Shown: positions 1 to 12,205 of the stretch, one piece after another
Numbering within the stretch: position 1 is the stretch's first letter
Layout: the number at the start of each line of letters is the position of its first letter
Assembly (NCBI GenBank): GCA_964019335.1
Contig: OZ025657.1
Span: forward strand, 682,001 to 746,000
DNA from: Diplonema japonicum
Taxonomy: Eukaryota > Protista > Euglenozoa: Diplonemea
Length of the DNA: 64,000 bases
Direction of reading: 5' to 3'
The notes under the pieces: model-generated
What the model saw: only the letters and a program-made list of their open reading frames with translations
The model's database searches: none
What the model was told of the DNA's origin: nothing
Position numbers and translations under genes: made by a program

Positions 1-184
1 CGAAACGAATAGAGAGGTGTGTGCGGTGAAATGGGGAAAAAAAAAAAAAAAAAAAAAGGTAACCGCTGGCCGTGCGATCTTGAACCGGATACAACGAAAA
101 ATCATCCAAAACAAGGCGATAATGTACGGCATGATCGTGCTGCTCCTCATCATGATCATCATCATAGTGTGGGTCAACCTTTAG
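1..184 (+). CDS. 3' end of a Vti1-like (Qb) tail-anchored SNARE; partial, missing from the ORF track
   Basis: Exons <1..16 and 59..184, intron 17..58 (GTGTG...polyA...AG). Spliced product ETNRE|VTAGRAILNRIQRKIIQNKAIMYGMIVLLLIMIIIIVWVNL* is a SNARE-motif end, a basic linker and a C-terminal TM, as in Vti1 family C-termini. Confidence 0.7.
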   Translation, partial: ETNREVCAVKWGKKKKKKKVTAGRAILNRIQRKIIQNKAIMYGMIVLLLIMIIIIVWVNL

Positions 185-402
185 GAAAGGAGTTTCCTCG
201 CTGCCCTTCCACATTTGTGCCATTCTTCTTCTTCTTTTTTTTTTTTTAATACACGCTGCTAACCCTCTTTTTTTTGTCTCTCCTTTCTTTGCTTCGTTTC
301 TTTTGCCCCCCCCCCCCCTCGTTTTTGTTGCTTTTTCGCCAGTTCGGGTGAGTGTACATGTATTTGATGGTTTCCTTCTTTTCTCCACAACCACAGGTCA
401 TC

Positions 403-2029
403 ATGCCTTTACTATGGGGGCTCTTCTCACTGCCCACAGTGAGCGAGTTTGGTATTGCAGCCATGCTAGGGAAGATAGGCGCAGGGTGTATAGGAGGCAT
501 GCCTGGGTACTATTGGCCTGCTGACAGAACCATCCGAGGCCTGGCCTTTTTGAGAATGCCCAGCGAAGAGGAGCTTAAAGCTCATGACCTGCACAAGAAG
601 AAGGCCCCGATGGCACTGAGCTGCGACAGCCTGGTGAAGGGAGACCTTTACAGTCTGCCTTTCTCCACGGGGTTCATGGTCTTGGTGAACGCGATGATCC
701 TGCTGACGGCCATCTACCCCCTCAGGTGGCTCTGGGACGAGGCGATGACCCATTCACCCCCGCAGGGCATGGTGCGCGCACTCAACTTCTCTCCCTCCGA
801 CACTGGTGCTGCAGCCGTTCTCTTGATCTCTGTCACCATGCTCCTCGGCCTCCAGCGCACTTGTTACTCCAACAAGGAGGCTGTCGGCATGGGTGGCACC
901 TACGCAGCCCTTGTGGCAGCCATCGCAGCCTTCGGCGTCATCTGCACAGAGGAGATCACTGCGCTGCAGTTCGGGTTTCATGCGTCGTTGCTGGACTTCA
1001 ATAGTTATCTGGAAGGCTTCCAGGTGCGGCATGAGGTGGCCCCCTGGTACTACTCGCTGACCCTGCCGGGGTACTTGACGTCGTCCCTGCTGAGCACCTT
1101 GTGCATCTTCGTGTCCTACGGCCTGACGTCTGCCACATGGAGGCTGGTGAGGTGTCATTATCAGCACAGCGACAGGGCGGCTAGCAGCTTGGCATCCATC
1201 GAGGAGGCTAGGGCTAAGTTCCTGCTCGAGTACAAACTTGGCAAGGTGAACGTACAGGACGGGGACCAGCAGCAACCGCCCACGAACCCCTTGGACAAGG
1301 CGACCGTTGCCGAGCAGTACTACACGTTCTTCTTGAAGCTCTTGTCGTGGGTCTCGCTCACGTTGCCTTTCATGATTGCGAGCACCTTCGTGGGGTCGGA
1401 GAGGTTCACCGCTGACGTGAAGCACATGCGTCTCTGGCTGTGTGTTATGCTCATCGCCTCAAGGCTGTGGCTTTTCAGGTATAAAAATGACAACAACAAC
1501 AACAACAACAGACCGTACCTGCAGACCTACCTGCACCGCGACGTCAACGAGGCGATGATGCAGAGCAAGAACTCAAAGCAATTTGCGTATGGAACTGATA
1601 AAGAAAAAAAGAAAAACTGAACTGAAACGCTCACATCACAGTGAGGTGCTGTCGGGGGTCCACACCAGGGCAGTTGCCCTTCTAGCACGAACAAGCATTC
1701 TGCTCATGGCGCCGATTGGAGTGTATTTGGCCCTGACCGTGTTGAGCCACAGGCTCTTGGTATGCACAACTCAATGCCACCACCACCAACAGGACACACC
1801 CGCTACAGACAACCCTGAGCACATCCTGGCGAACATCTTCGCTCCACGCCTTGTAGCTTCTGAGTACGCCGCCCCCGAAGATGTGGCACCGAAAGCCTTC
1901 TTCGCCAACGTGGTGGGCATCGCCATGTTCTGGATGGCAGCTTCAGAGAGCTTCTTCATCTTGTTCTACTGCACATACCGCTGGGGTCTTCGCTTCTTGA
2001 ATAACATTCTTCCGAAGAAGCGTCAGTAG
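403..2029 (+). CDS. TMEM161-like multi-pass membrane protein
   Basis: Joins ORFs 352..1620 and 1583..2029 via introns 1479..1511, 1587..1641 and 1760..1792. Splicing gives RLWLFRPYLQTYL, resembling the TMEM161 R-x-x-LQxYL motif. Many hydrophobic segments. Start ATG is uncertain. Confidence 0.65.
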
Positions 2030-2175
2030 ACAGTCATTTCGAGCTTAGCGTTCACCTTTTAATAGAGTTTTCCTTGTTTCGGGTTACGACAAAGTTAAGT
2101 GCATTGCCATTGTTTGAAAACCCAAATAAATACTTCAGGAAGGAGGTACTAAGAATAATTTTTAAAGGGGTGGAC

Positions 2176-4362
2176 ATGGAGTACCCCCTGTTGCCTCCTG
2201 AGAAGCTTCTAAAAGAGACACTGGTGACACCTGTGGTGACGATTGACAACAGCTACCTGCACACAGTGCTGCAAGGGATCCTTGGGGCTCTGAAGCTGCA
2301 TGATGCAAAGCTAGGGAAACTACACGATGGGCAGGCGTGGCTTGAGAAAGATGGATTCCGCGAGAAGCTGGGACGCTTAGACTCATTCGGGGAGATGACG
2401 AACGGCCTGATGCGGAGGCTCAGCGCGGTGGAAAAGGAAGCAGAGAAAATCAATGGCCTCGAGATGACCATCCAGTCACGCCCTGATAACGAAACGGTGC
2501 AGACTATGATCGACGATGCGATCGAGCAGCTGAAGAGAGTTGACCGCATCGCAGAGCGCAACGAAGAACGTGCCAAGCAAGACATGAGCTTCCAGAAGCA
2601 GTTGAATAACTTAGCTGAGAAGAACAAAATACTTGAGGAGCAGCTTGCTGACCAAAGCGACACGATTAAGCAGCTCAACGACAAGCTGGCGAATATACCG
2701 AAGCCCGTCAACACGGAAGCACGCATCGAAGCGCTGTACGATGTGTTCGAACTGGACAAGGACAAGGTGTACGAGGCTGTTGAGCACGACAAGGCCAGCA
2801 GACCGGCCACCGCAGATGTTTACCAAGCAGCTGACACAGACGGTGCACGCAGCATGTCCCCAGATGTAGATGCCGAACGGAGTAGAATGGCCTCTGTCGG
2901 GGGTGGCGAGAACCATGGCGAGAACACAGCAGGCAATGAGCCAGGTGCCGGTGGGGGTGAGATGGATGGTGATGCAGGCGCTGATGCGGGTAGGGGTGCA
3001 CGGGACATGACGCACGCACCAGCACCCCGAAGATCGTCGCAGGCTGACAGGAAGTCACTTGATGACATTCGCCGATCACAAGAAATGCCCGACAGGCCCA
3101 ACAATGGCTTCCTCGACTCTCTCCAGACCGCCAGGACAACAACCCTGCCCCGCCCCGGCACCTCGTACTCCGTGGCCTCTATGGCACACCGTGGCAGCTT
3201 TGCATCCGACGCATCTGACTCGAAGCGTGTGAGGCTGCTGCACAACACACCGGCCTTGAGCAGCATCATCAAGAGCCAGCTCACAGAAGTCATTCAAGAG
3301 TTACACGACAGGCTTGAGGCGTACCAGGATAACCTCAACAACAACTTACAGTCTACAAACAGAAAGATCGATGATCTGAACTCGCGCTTCGAGCTGCAGC
3401 AAGACTTGCACCAGCGGACGCTCAGCAGTGCAGGCAGCACATCAAACCCAAAGAAGATATTTGAAGAAAAGCCGGAAGGGAAGGTCGAGATCATGAGGAT
3501 GGAACCCTCTGCAGGCATCCAAGAGCAGCTGGACCGTGTCGCGGCGTATCTCGACAACCACGGCAGAGAGCTGCACGCGTTGAACGATAGGAAGCTCAAT
3601 GTCGATGATTCTCTGCTGGAAGATATGCGCGAGACGCTTGTGATGCTGAACGAAAGACTGAGTGACGTGTGGAAAGAGCTGGAGACAGCGAAGGGCACGG
3701 AACCAGGCAAGGGTGACGTCAAGGCACCATCCTTCAGGGACTTGGAGCACATGTCAAACAAACTGCATGGTCTCGAGATACAGCTGCAGAAGCTCAACAA
3801 GTATAAAGCAAACAGAAGCGAGTTGAACAAAACGAAGGCCATCCTGAGGAAAAGCCAAGAACACGCTCTTGACCTTGCGGTGCAGGGCACTATGGCAGGG
3901 GATGCTACGGCTGCTGTGCGGTACAAGTGCCTCTCCTGCCAGGGGCCTGCAGAAAGGATTGAGGACATGGTTCTTCCTAAGCCAGTCAAGATCTTCCCGC
4001 CAGGTTCAGTGCTTGTGTCGCCCACAGCATCGTCACCCAAGTCGTACATCGAGTGGGCCAACAGGATACCCACCCCGAAGGGGGCTCAGTCGCGCACCCA
4101 CTCTGAGGAAGGTATGTTGTTTGAAGTAACCATGCAACTCATAACAGCACCCTCCCCTTCGCCTCCTTCGAATAAGAAACAGTTCCGCGCAAGGATCGTG
4201 GGCACAGACCGGAAGATTTATCAAGTATGTTGTCTATAGTCACCCTCACCCTCACCCTCACCTTCACAGGGCGGCCTTGGAGATCTCGAGCAGCATTCGA
4301 ACCCTGACGTCGTGCTCCCATTGGAGCAGCAGCCTGACCTCGCAGAGGTGCAGGCAGGGTAG
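2176..4362 (+). CDS. Coiled-coil protein with a DUF4795-like C-terminal domain
   Basis: Long coiled coils, KA-x-R, CLSC and, after removing introns 4112..4147 and 4225..4269, GTDRKIYQG (GxDGxIYxG-like). Spliced stop TAG at 4360-4362. Confidence 0.6.
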
Positions 4363-5402
4363 ATGCTGCCACACTAAGAATTCGTTTCTATTTATAGAGC
4401 GTCATGTGTACCTTATGCCTCATGCGACCTCGATACGAATATCTTTCCTTTCATTTTACTGCTGTGCTGTGGTTCTGTTTTTGGTCTATAATAGGGTTCT
4501 GCTGCAAGAATTAAAAAAAAGAAAAAGTAATAACGACACGTGCGTGATGTCGCGTGCGACTCTTCGATGAGGTTTCATTTCCTTTCCTTCTTCTCCTTCT
4601 TCTTCTTTTTTTTGGCGTTGTTCTTTGTTTTTGTTCAAACCCGCATTGTCCCCCCCCCTTTTTTTTGGTTTCTTAGTATTGCACGTATAGCGTTGCTCTT
4701 TGTTCTGAATCCCCCCTCCCCTTCCCTCCCCTCCCCTTCCCTCCCCTCCCCTGCCTGCCAACTTTGCACCTTTGTTATTGCTGCTGCCAGATGCCTTGCA
4801 CATGACACTATGCACGGCTCTCGAAGCAGTCTTCTTGGGACAACACGCACACATAAGAAAAGAAAAGAGGAAAAAAAAAAAAGAAAAAAAAAAAAGAGCT
4901 GCAACCACAAATATAAAGGTGTCACTCCTCGCAGATATAAAAAAAGGGGAAACAAAAAAGAGAGAAAATAATACGCAGAAGCTAGGAGGCAACAAAAAAA
5001 GAGGGGAAAAAAATAGAAGCGAGAAAAAAGGGGGAAACCAAGAAAGAAAGAAAAGAAAAAGCGACGGGCACCAAGTGCCCCGACCTCCCTGCGAATTACA
5101 TTCTAACGTCAGTGATAAAGAGGAACAAGAACTATGCATATATTTGTTCCTGTATAAGGAAGATGGTGCATGCTTATCAGAAGGAAGAATGTATGTGGCT
5201 GGTCCCCCCCCCTTTCCCCCTTTCCCTCCGCTCTTTTTTTTCTCTCAAAAAAAAGAGGAAGCAGCCTCGTGCGAGACGACATCACAGACAATATGATTCC
5301 CCACCACCTCACCCCTACTCCCCATTGCACTCTACACTTACGTGCGACTCTTCTACTTATTTATACTGCTCACTCAGGTTACACAAAAGTGCCTCACATG
5401 TC

Positions 5403-6317
5403 ATGCTACTCTTAACTAGCCTCTATCTAGTGGCTACGGCAGTAAGTATGTCTGTGGGGGGCTGCTCTGTGCTCCCCTTGGGAGACTCCATCACGCAAGG
5501 CATACGGCCTTATGACTCGTACCGACGATGGCTTGCGGAGCAAGGCGGGGACAAGATACAATACGTAGGGGGCATGACAGGGGGGTGTGTCAAGGGGAAC
5601 CCTTCGAAGCAGGAGGAAGGGGTGTGGAAGGCGCACCATGAAGGGCATTGCAACTGGGACTCATGGCGATTTGTAAACGAAGTGAAGGGCATCCTCGAAG
5701 GGGTCGCGCGGAACGGAACGGCTGTGAACGCAGTTCTGATGCACATCGGCACCAACGACATCTTCAATGTGGTGCGGAAGAAACGGTCGGTTAAAGCGCT
5801 CTCTGCAACAGCGGCCAACCTGCGGAGCATCATCACGGCTGTCCATGCCAAGTTCCCTAATGCTACCATCTTCCTGGCGCAGGTCGTGGCTACCACGTAC
5901 CCGGAGCCAACCAAGCATCTCAACAACCTCATCCGCACCCTTGCCACTGTCGACCCCCCTGGGGGCAAGGGTTTGCTGAATCTCGTAAGCTTCCCCCGCT
6001 TTGAGGTAAGCACCCACACCTTTGACACCACGCACCCTAACGAGGCTGGTGAGAGGTATATCGCAGACGTCTGGCACCGAGCTCTAACCGGCTTGGCGTG
6101 CATGAAGGAGCAAGGGACTGTTTTGAACCACACTACCGTCTCCCCCCCTGTTGTCCCTGCTCGTGCCGCCATTGCCGCAAAGGAAGAGGATTTCGTTCTC
6201 TCCCTTCCCGACCTTGTCGTCTTGTCTGCGCTCAGCACCACTCCTCTCGTCATCTGCGGCATGAGGATGGCGTTCAGGGCGCTTAGGTGGTACTTTGTCG
6301 GAAAATTGCTAAGCTAA
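5403..6317 (+). CDS. SGNH/GDSL hydrolase with signal peptide and C-terminal hydrophobic anchor
   Basis: Block I LPLGDSITQG, HEGH, block III HIGTND, block V DTTHPN; hydrophobic N- and C-termini. Confidence 0.85.
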   Translation: MLLLTSLYLVATAVSMSVGGCSVLPLGDSITQGIRPYDSYRRWLAEQGGDKIQYVGGMTGGCVKGNPSKQEEGVWKAHHEGHCNWDSWRFVNEVKGILEGVARNGTAVNAVLMHIGTNDIFNVVRKKRSVKALSATAANLRSIITAVHAKFPNATIFLAQVVATTYPEPTKHLNNLIRTLATVDPPGGKGLLNLVSFPRFEVSTHTFDTTHPNEAGERYIADVWHRALTGLACMKEQGTVLNHTTVSPPVVPARAAIAAKEEDFVLSLPDLVVLSALSTTPLVICGMRMAFRALRWYFVGKLLS

Positions 6318-6831
6318 AAACAATTTACACCCCCCCCCCCGTTTAAAGATGATACTAAACTTGTACTCTTTGTGCCGAGTAAGGATTTACTTTTCTGCAG
6401 AGGGGGGATTTTTTTTACTGCTGCCCTTTTTTTTCTTCTTCCTTCTCCTTTACTCGAGCGAAAAAAAAACCAATAACGACAAGTCTTACCATTATTTTTT
6501 CTCCCCCCCCGATTTTTAATGCTAAAAAAGAGAGAGGGGGGAAAAAAAGTATGCACTTCCGTGCATCTCTTTTTTTTCCCTCCCCTTTTCTTTTTCAACT
6601 AAGAATTTGTATAATTCCTACTCCTAAGTAATAAGAATAGGGAAAACCCCCGCATTCGCAAACTGCTGTCAACTGAACAGAAACTTTGTTTGGAAGAAGA
6701 AGAAGGGGAAAAAAAAAAAAAAAAAAGTGGGCAGCAGCTTCGGAACGCAGCAAGGTGAGTTAAGGGTTATAAGTCCCCCGTTATTATCTTACAAATAATG
6801 AGTCGTGCTTACACCCTTCCAGACACTTAAA

Positions 6832-7452
6832 ATGAAAAAGGTGGTGCTAGTACGCCATGCGGAGTCTGAGTTCAACGCAGCCCTAGGAGGAGATGAGTCG
6901 AAGAGGTTCACGGAGAAGATCCAAGGGCTAGTTGACTGCGGAATAACGGAGAATGGGATCAAAAAATGCAACGAATGCCAGGGGTGTGTGGAAGTTGACT
7001 TCTTGGTAGTGAGTCCCTTGAAGAGGGCTATGCAGACCGCTGTCCTCATGTTCCCTAGTGTGGTGGACGGATCCCTAAAACACGAGGTGCAGCCCCTGGC
7101 AGCAGAGCATCTGCTGGATATATGTGACGTGGGGTCTACAAGGGACGCGCTGCAATCTGTGTTCCCATGGGCTAACTTGAACCTGGTCCCTACCACCCCT
7201 TGGTGGCACGCTAAGATGAGCGCTGAACAGACTTGGCCCCTCCTCCCCAAGAACGATCCCTTTGAGCCAGAAGAAATCTTTGCGATGCGAATCACGCAGC
7301 TTAAGGAGTACCTCAAGTCCCTCCCCTACGAGAGGGTGGGCCTCGTGTGCCACTCTCATGTCATCTTCGAAATGACCAAACACGAGAAGGAAGGCGAGAC
7401 ATTCGGGAAGTGGGCTGACAACAACGAGTGTGTCGAGGTCTGCTTGGAGTGA
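6832..7452 (+). CDS. Histidine phosphatase / phosphoglycerate mutase family protein
   Basis: LVRHAES, VSPLKRAMQT, LAAE and LVCHS motifs. Confidence 0.85.
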   Translation: MKKVVLVRHAESEFNAALGGDESKRFTEKIQGLVDCGITENGIKKCNECQGCVEVDFLVVSPLKRAMQTAVLMFPSVVDGSLKHEVQPLAAEHLLDICDVGSTRDALQSVFPWANLNLVPTTPWWHAKMSAEQTWPLLPKNDPFEPEEIFAMRITQLKEYLKSLPYERVGLVCHSHVIFEMTKHEKEGETFGKWADNNECVEVCLE

Positions 7453-7639
7453 CCACGGCTCGAATAGTGTATTTCTTAAAAAATAATAGTGGCAACTTGT
7501 TGGTTAACCTTCGTCAGGTTCAACCGGCTTGTACAAAAGAACAATCGACTCCTAACCTTATGACACCCTCCCCCCGCGGGCGGCCAACGAATGCGCCGAC
7601 CTGTTCCACTATTGTGAGAAACCTCTTGATTTTTTTTTT

Positions 7640-7688
7640 AAACTGCATGAGCGCCGAATCGTTACCTGGGACGCCCCGGCTGGGGTTG
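7640..7688 (+). repeat. Dispersed repeat, copy 1 (matches 63949..64000)
   Basis: AAACTGCATGAGCGCCGAATC---GTTACCTGGGACGCCCCGGCTGGGGTTG; 3 mismatches and one 3-nt indel versus copy 2. Confidence 0.85.
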
Positions 7689-7912
7689 AACTGCACACCG
7701 CACGCATTAAGGACGCGGCGGCAACGCAGAAGAAGCCCCAACTCGATCGCGGTACCCCCCCCTGTAATCAAGTAGACAGTTCTTGTGCAGGGCGCCAACA
7801 CCGGCCTTTAGCTCTTATATATATATGTTTTTTTTTTTTTGAATACTGTTTTTTGTTTTTCTGTTCTTTTTTTTCTTGTTTCTTCCATCCCCTTCATGTT
7901 CCAGGCCCTGCG

Positions 7913-8473
7913 ATGGGGGCGATCCTGAGCCTGCTGGGGCTCGCGGGGTCGACGAAGAAAACCAACATCTTGATGGTAGGGCTGGATGCTGCAGGGAAGA
8001 CGACCATCCTGTACAAGCTGAAACTGGACCAAAAGGACGCGGAGGTGGTGACAACACCCACTGTAGGGTTTAACTTGGAAGTCATAAAGTACAGAAGCCT
8101 GACACTCATGATACGCGACGTGGGGGGGCAGGACAAGCTGCGCAGGTTGTGGAGGAACTACTACGAGGGGACCGATGCCGTGGTCTTCGTGGTGGACAGC
8201 AACGACGGTGACCGCATACCCCTTGCGAAGGAGGAGCTCCACAAGCTGATGAATGACGATTTTCTGAAGAACGCAGTTCTCCTCATCTATGCTAACAAGC
8301 AGGACCAGCCCAACGCTGTGTCACCCGCTACCCTCGCCACGCAACTGGACACCCCGTCCATCCAGTCCAAGGGGTTCAACGTCTTCATTCAACCCACCGT
8401 AGCACTCACCTGCGAAGGCATCTTCGAAGGCCTCGACTGGCTAGCCAACACTCTGAAAAAGCAGGCTCGTTAA
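7913..8473 (+). CDS. ADP-ribosylation factor (Arf/Arl) small GTPase
   Basis: MG myristoylation start, [32 protein letters not shown]. Confidence 0.93.
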   Translation: MGAILSLLGLAGSTKKTNILMVGLDAAGKTTILYKLKLDQKDAEVVTTPTVGFNLEVIKYRSLTLMIRDVGGQDKLRRLWRNYYEGTDAVVFVVDSNDGDRIPLAKEELHKLMNDDFLKNAVLLIYANKQDQPNAVSPATLATQLDTPSIQSKGFNVFIQPTVALTCEGIFEGLDWLANTLKKQAR

Positions 8474-8724
8474 TCTTTAATACATACAGAAAAGATAGGG
8501 GGTGGGGCAACTAAAGGGGAAATACATGTTTTAAACACAACAATAGCTTGAAAGGAGCCGATCCTTCTATCCTAGTGTTTTTTTTTCTTCTTTTTTTTTT
8601 TCTTCCCTTCTACTCATGTGGGATTTGTCGTTAAGCATCGTGTTTTTTTTTTTAATCCTTAACCATAATGTTTTCTTCTTCATTTTCAAACATTTATGTT
8701 CTCGCAGGCAGCCAAGCAATCACC

Positions 8725-11700
8725 ATGAGCGAAATATCTGCTCCGGGCTGGACAAGCTACCAACAGAAGTCACCTACCTTGCGTGTCCTGGTATGGATAT
8801 ATTGCGAACCTAAAGCATGTTCTACAGAGCGGAGCTACCGAGACACCCGCAAGATACATGGCAGCACCTATCCCCACGGCACTGGGCGCGAGTCAAGTCC
8901 CAACCATCCACTCTTTGGTATGACCTTGTAGTGTGGCATAAACTCTCACAGATGGGTGCTCAGCCTATTCAGCTGAACCTTCACGCCCAGAGGCCGATGC
9001 AGCCCACGACCAACCCATCCCTGTTTGGGAATGTTCTCGGTGATAAGCATGTATGCTGCGCTAACACAGACAATGCCACACAGCCCATTGAGAGCACTCA
9101 CAGAAACCTCTCACCAAGACGTCCCACCCACGTAGTGCCCTCGCCTAATGTGGAGCGGGAGCAGATGCGTGCGATGCGCGACGAAGCACGTGCTGAAGCA
9201 GACAACCTGCGTAAGATCCAGGCACTACAGGCACTGGAGGAACAGAGAAGACTGCAAGAAATGGAGAAGAGAATCCAACAGCTCGAACAGGCACCGGTTT
9301 CCCCCGAGCCAATGACACCATCGCGAGCTTCTCAAGTTTCCCTAGCGTCTCAGCCTGCGAAATCATCGCATGCTTCTCAGCCTGCATCTCAGGATCCAAC
9401 CTCCCAGCCTGCATCACAAATTCCGGTTTCTCAACCCACGTCACAAATCCAGTCGCAACCTGCATCAGTCCTCCTAGCCTCGCGACCGACATCGCAGGTG
9501 CAGGCCTCACAACCTGCATCACAGGCACAAGCCTCGCAACCTGCATCGCAGGTGCAGGCCTCACAACACACATCGCAAGTACAGGCCTCACAACCTGCAT
9601 CGCAAGTACAGGCCTCACAACCTGCATCGCAAGTACAGGCCTCGCAACCTGCATCACAGGTACAGACCTCGCAACCTGCATCGCAGGTGCAGGCCTCGCA
9701 ACCTGCATCACAGGTACAGACCTCGCAACCTGCATCACAGGTGCAGGCCTCGCAACACACATCGCAAGTACAGGCCTCGCAACCTGCATCACAGGTACAG
9801 GCCTCGCAACTTGCATCGCGGGCACAGACCTCGCAACCCGCGCAACCCACATCGCAGGCTCAGGTCTCACAGGCATCCCACTCTGTCTCACAAGTCTCGA
9901 TGTCACAGATATCGAAATCTGTCACACATGGTGTCCCCACGAACCCCCCGTCGGAGAAGATCTCCGCTCCGCCTGTAACGCCCGTCCAGGAACCGTCGCT
10001 GCCCCCCTCCAACCACCCATCTGTGAAGGCTATTGTCTCGGCGCCTGTCCCCTCCCAGGGTGACGGTGTCATCCAAGCACTTGTCCATCAGCTCCAAGAG
10101 CTAAAAGAAGGTCACAACAGCCTGCGATCGCATTGCACCCAACTCCACTCAGAACATGAGGCATTGGCATCGCAGCACGAAGACCTGAAGGAGCAGTGCA
10201 GAGAACTCCACACAGAGATCGTTGAGGTGACAGATGCTCATGAGAAGCTAAAGGCCCAATGCAATGAACTTCACACTGAGCACACGCAACTGGAGAACTC
10301 CCATGAGACACTCACCGATAATTGCAGAACTCTGCACACTGAGTACTCGCAGCTTGAACACAGTCATGACTTATTAAAAGAAGAGTGCAGAACTCTACAC
10401 ACGCAAGTGGAACAGCTTGAGGAAGGCCACACGCTTTTGAAGGAGGAATGCAGAAACCTTCACACGGAACTGACGGCGGTCGAAGAACGCCACGAAACAC
10501 TGAAGGAGGAGTGCAGGGGTCTCCATACTGAGCACACTGCTCTCGAGCAAGGCCACGAGTCCCTCAGAGAGGATTGTCGTGAGCTCCATACTACGACCTC
10601 AGGTCTGGAGGAGACGGTCCAAGGGCTCGTGGGGCTGCAGGAACAGTGCAGAGACCTCCACTCAGACCACATAGAATTGCGCTCCGATTATGAAGGGCTA
10701 AAGGAAGAATGTAGGGATCTCCACACTGAGATCTCCAGGGTCCAAACTGAAAACAACCAGGCAGAAATCGACAACATGAAGGAGGCAATGACGCAGCTTG
10801 CCGATGGCTACAACGCCATCCAGAGCGACTGCCAGTCCCTTGGGGACAACCAGAACATCCTGAAAACCAACGTGGACAATGTCACAGAGGCAACAACTGA
10901 ACTCAAGACCGACATGGACACACTTCGCGAGGAGTGCAGAGGTCTTCACACCGAGCACACCGAGTTTGCGAACGGCCACGAGATGCTGAGGGAACAGTGC
11001 AACGCTTTGCACACAGAGCACACCGAGCTGGAGCACAATCACGAGACTCTGCAGACGCAAGCTAGAGAATTACATACTCAGCTGAGCCAAGTGGAGACCG
11101 ACTTTGATGAACTCAAGGAACAGTGCAGAGGGCTTCATAGTGATCACACGGAACTAAGGACCGAGCACGAGAGCCTCAGGGAACAATGCACAGCACTACA
11201 CACTGATTGCCAGGACCTTGACACTCAGACAAAACAAACGACCGCAAAGATTGACGAAAGTGTGAAGGCTCTTGGGGACAAGATTGCTGGAACAGAGCAG
11301 GATTTGCTCAAACAGCTGGCGCAGCTTGCTGAAATCTTGAAGAGAAACGACTCCGGTGCTGTTATGACGTTAAGGATAGAGGCAGAGAGGAAGCTTGCTG
11401 AGCAGCAGAACAAGAGCGATGCACTGTCGACGCAGCTTGACGCCAGTCTCACAGGTCTTTCAGCAACAAACACAGCGCTGCAGCGCCTGAACGACCGTTT
11501 GAACTATGTTGATGAAACTCTCGACACCATGCGTAGTGACAAGCGGGCTCAGACTGCGATACCGCACATGCCACCCATGCACCCTCCTCCAGTTGGAAGT
11601 CCTCACAACGCTACGGTCCTCCCTCCGTCCTTCGGACGCTCTGTCTCCCCGACTAGGAGAGACCTTCCTCCAGCTGGAGCCACTCCTTCCATGTCACTGT

Positions 11701-11765
11701 CAAACGAGAGCTCCCGCGTAAGGGAGCTCGAACGCCGCCTTGGTCTTCCCGGATACTCGCGCTAA
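8725..11765 (+). CDS. Low-complexity repeat plus His/Cys-rich coiled-coil protein of unknown function
   Basis: Exons 8725..8790, 8828..8917, 8952..9050, 9084..11765; introns 8791..8827, 8918..8951, 9051..9083 (all GTATG...ACAG) keep the frame. Contains a 9-aa ASQPASQVQ array and a 21-aa repeat with CxxLH. Confidence 0.75.
9478..9880 (+). repeat. Coding minisatellite, 27-nt unit (ASQPASQVQ)
   Basis: About 14 near-identical gcctcgcaacctgcatcgcaggtgcag-like units are visible directly. Confidence 0.9.
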
Positions 11766-12205
11766 ATTAATACCACTTTTGTATTTGTAACCTTTATTTC
11801 CCCCTGTTTATTCATTTATTTTTTTTGTCTACCTCCTGTTGTAATATTGGCTCCTGCTTCCCATCAAATAGATTTCGTTTTTTTTTTCCCCTAAAAAAAA
11901 AAAAAAAAAAAAAAAAAGAGGAAAAAAGCGTCAAAGCTTGCTGGACTGCGCAGGTGTCCCTGTAACACCTTTTTTATTGAAGGCTTTTCACCCCTTGTTC
12001 ATATTATGTTTGTCGCTATCAAAGCCTGTTGAAGGTGCCTTTGAGTAGCCCGCCTAGACTGTTGTTTAGTATTATCGTCTTTTTCTTTTTCTTTTTTTTC
12101 TTTTCCTCTTTCCCTCGATTCTTTTTTCGCTGTACACTTTCCTTTCTTTTATTCCAACTCTGCTTATCCTTTGGGGTACATTCTATCGCAGGCGGTGGGC
12201 CCACT

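Noticed and set aside
4241-4266. (CACCCT)n resembling telomeric repeats
   Set aside because: Only about four units, not CCCTAA, and inside an A/C-rich intron.
4486-5330. Poly-Phe/poly-Lys ORFs in spacers (also near 16132, 19231, 22702, 31297, 47360, 62574)
   Set aside because: Translation of homopolymer runs, which lack stop codons by composition.
9478-9880. Regular repeats that could be mistaken for a CRISPR array
   Set aside because: Contiguous in-frame units without unique spacers, in a eukaryotic gene.
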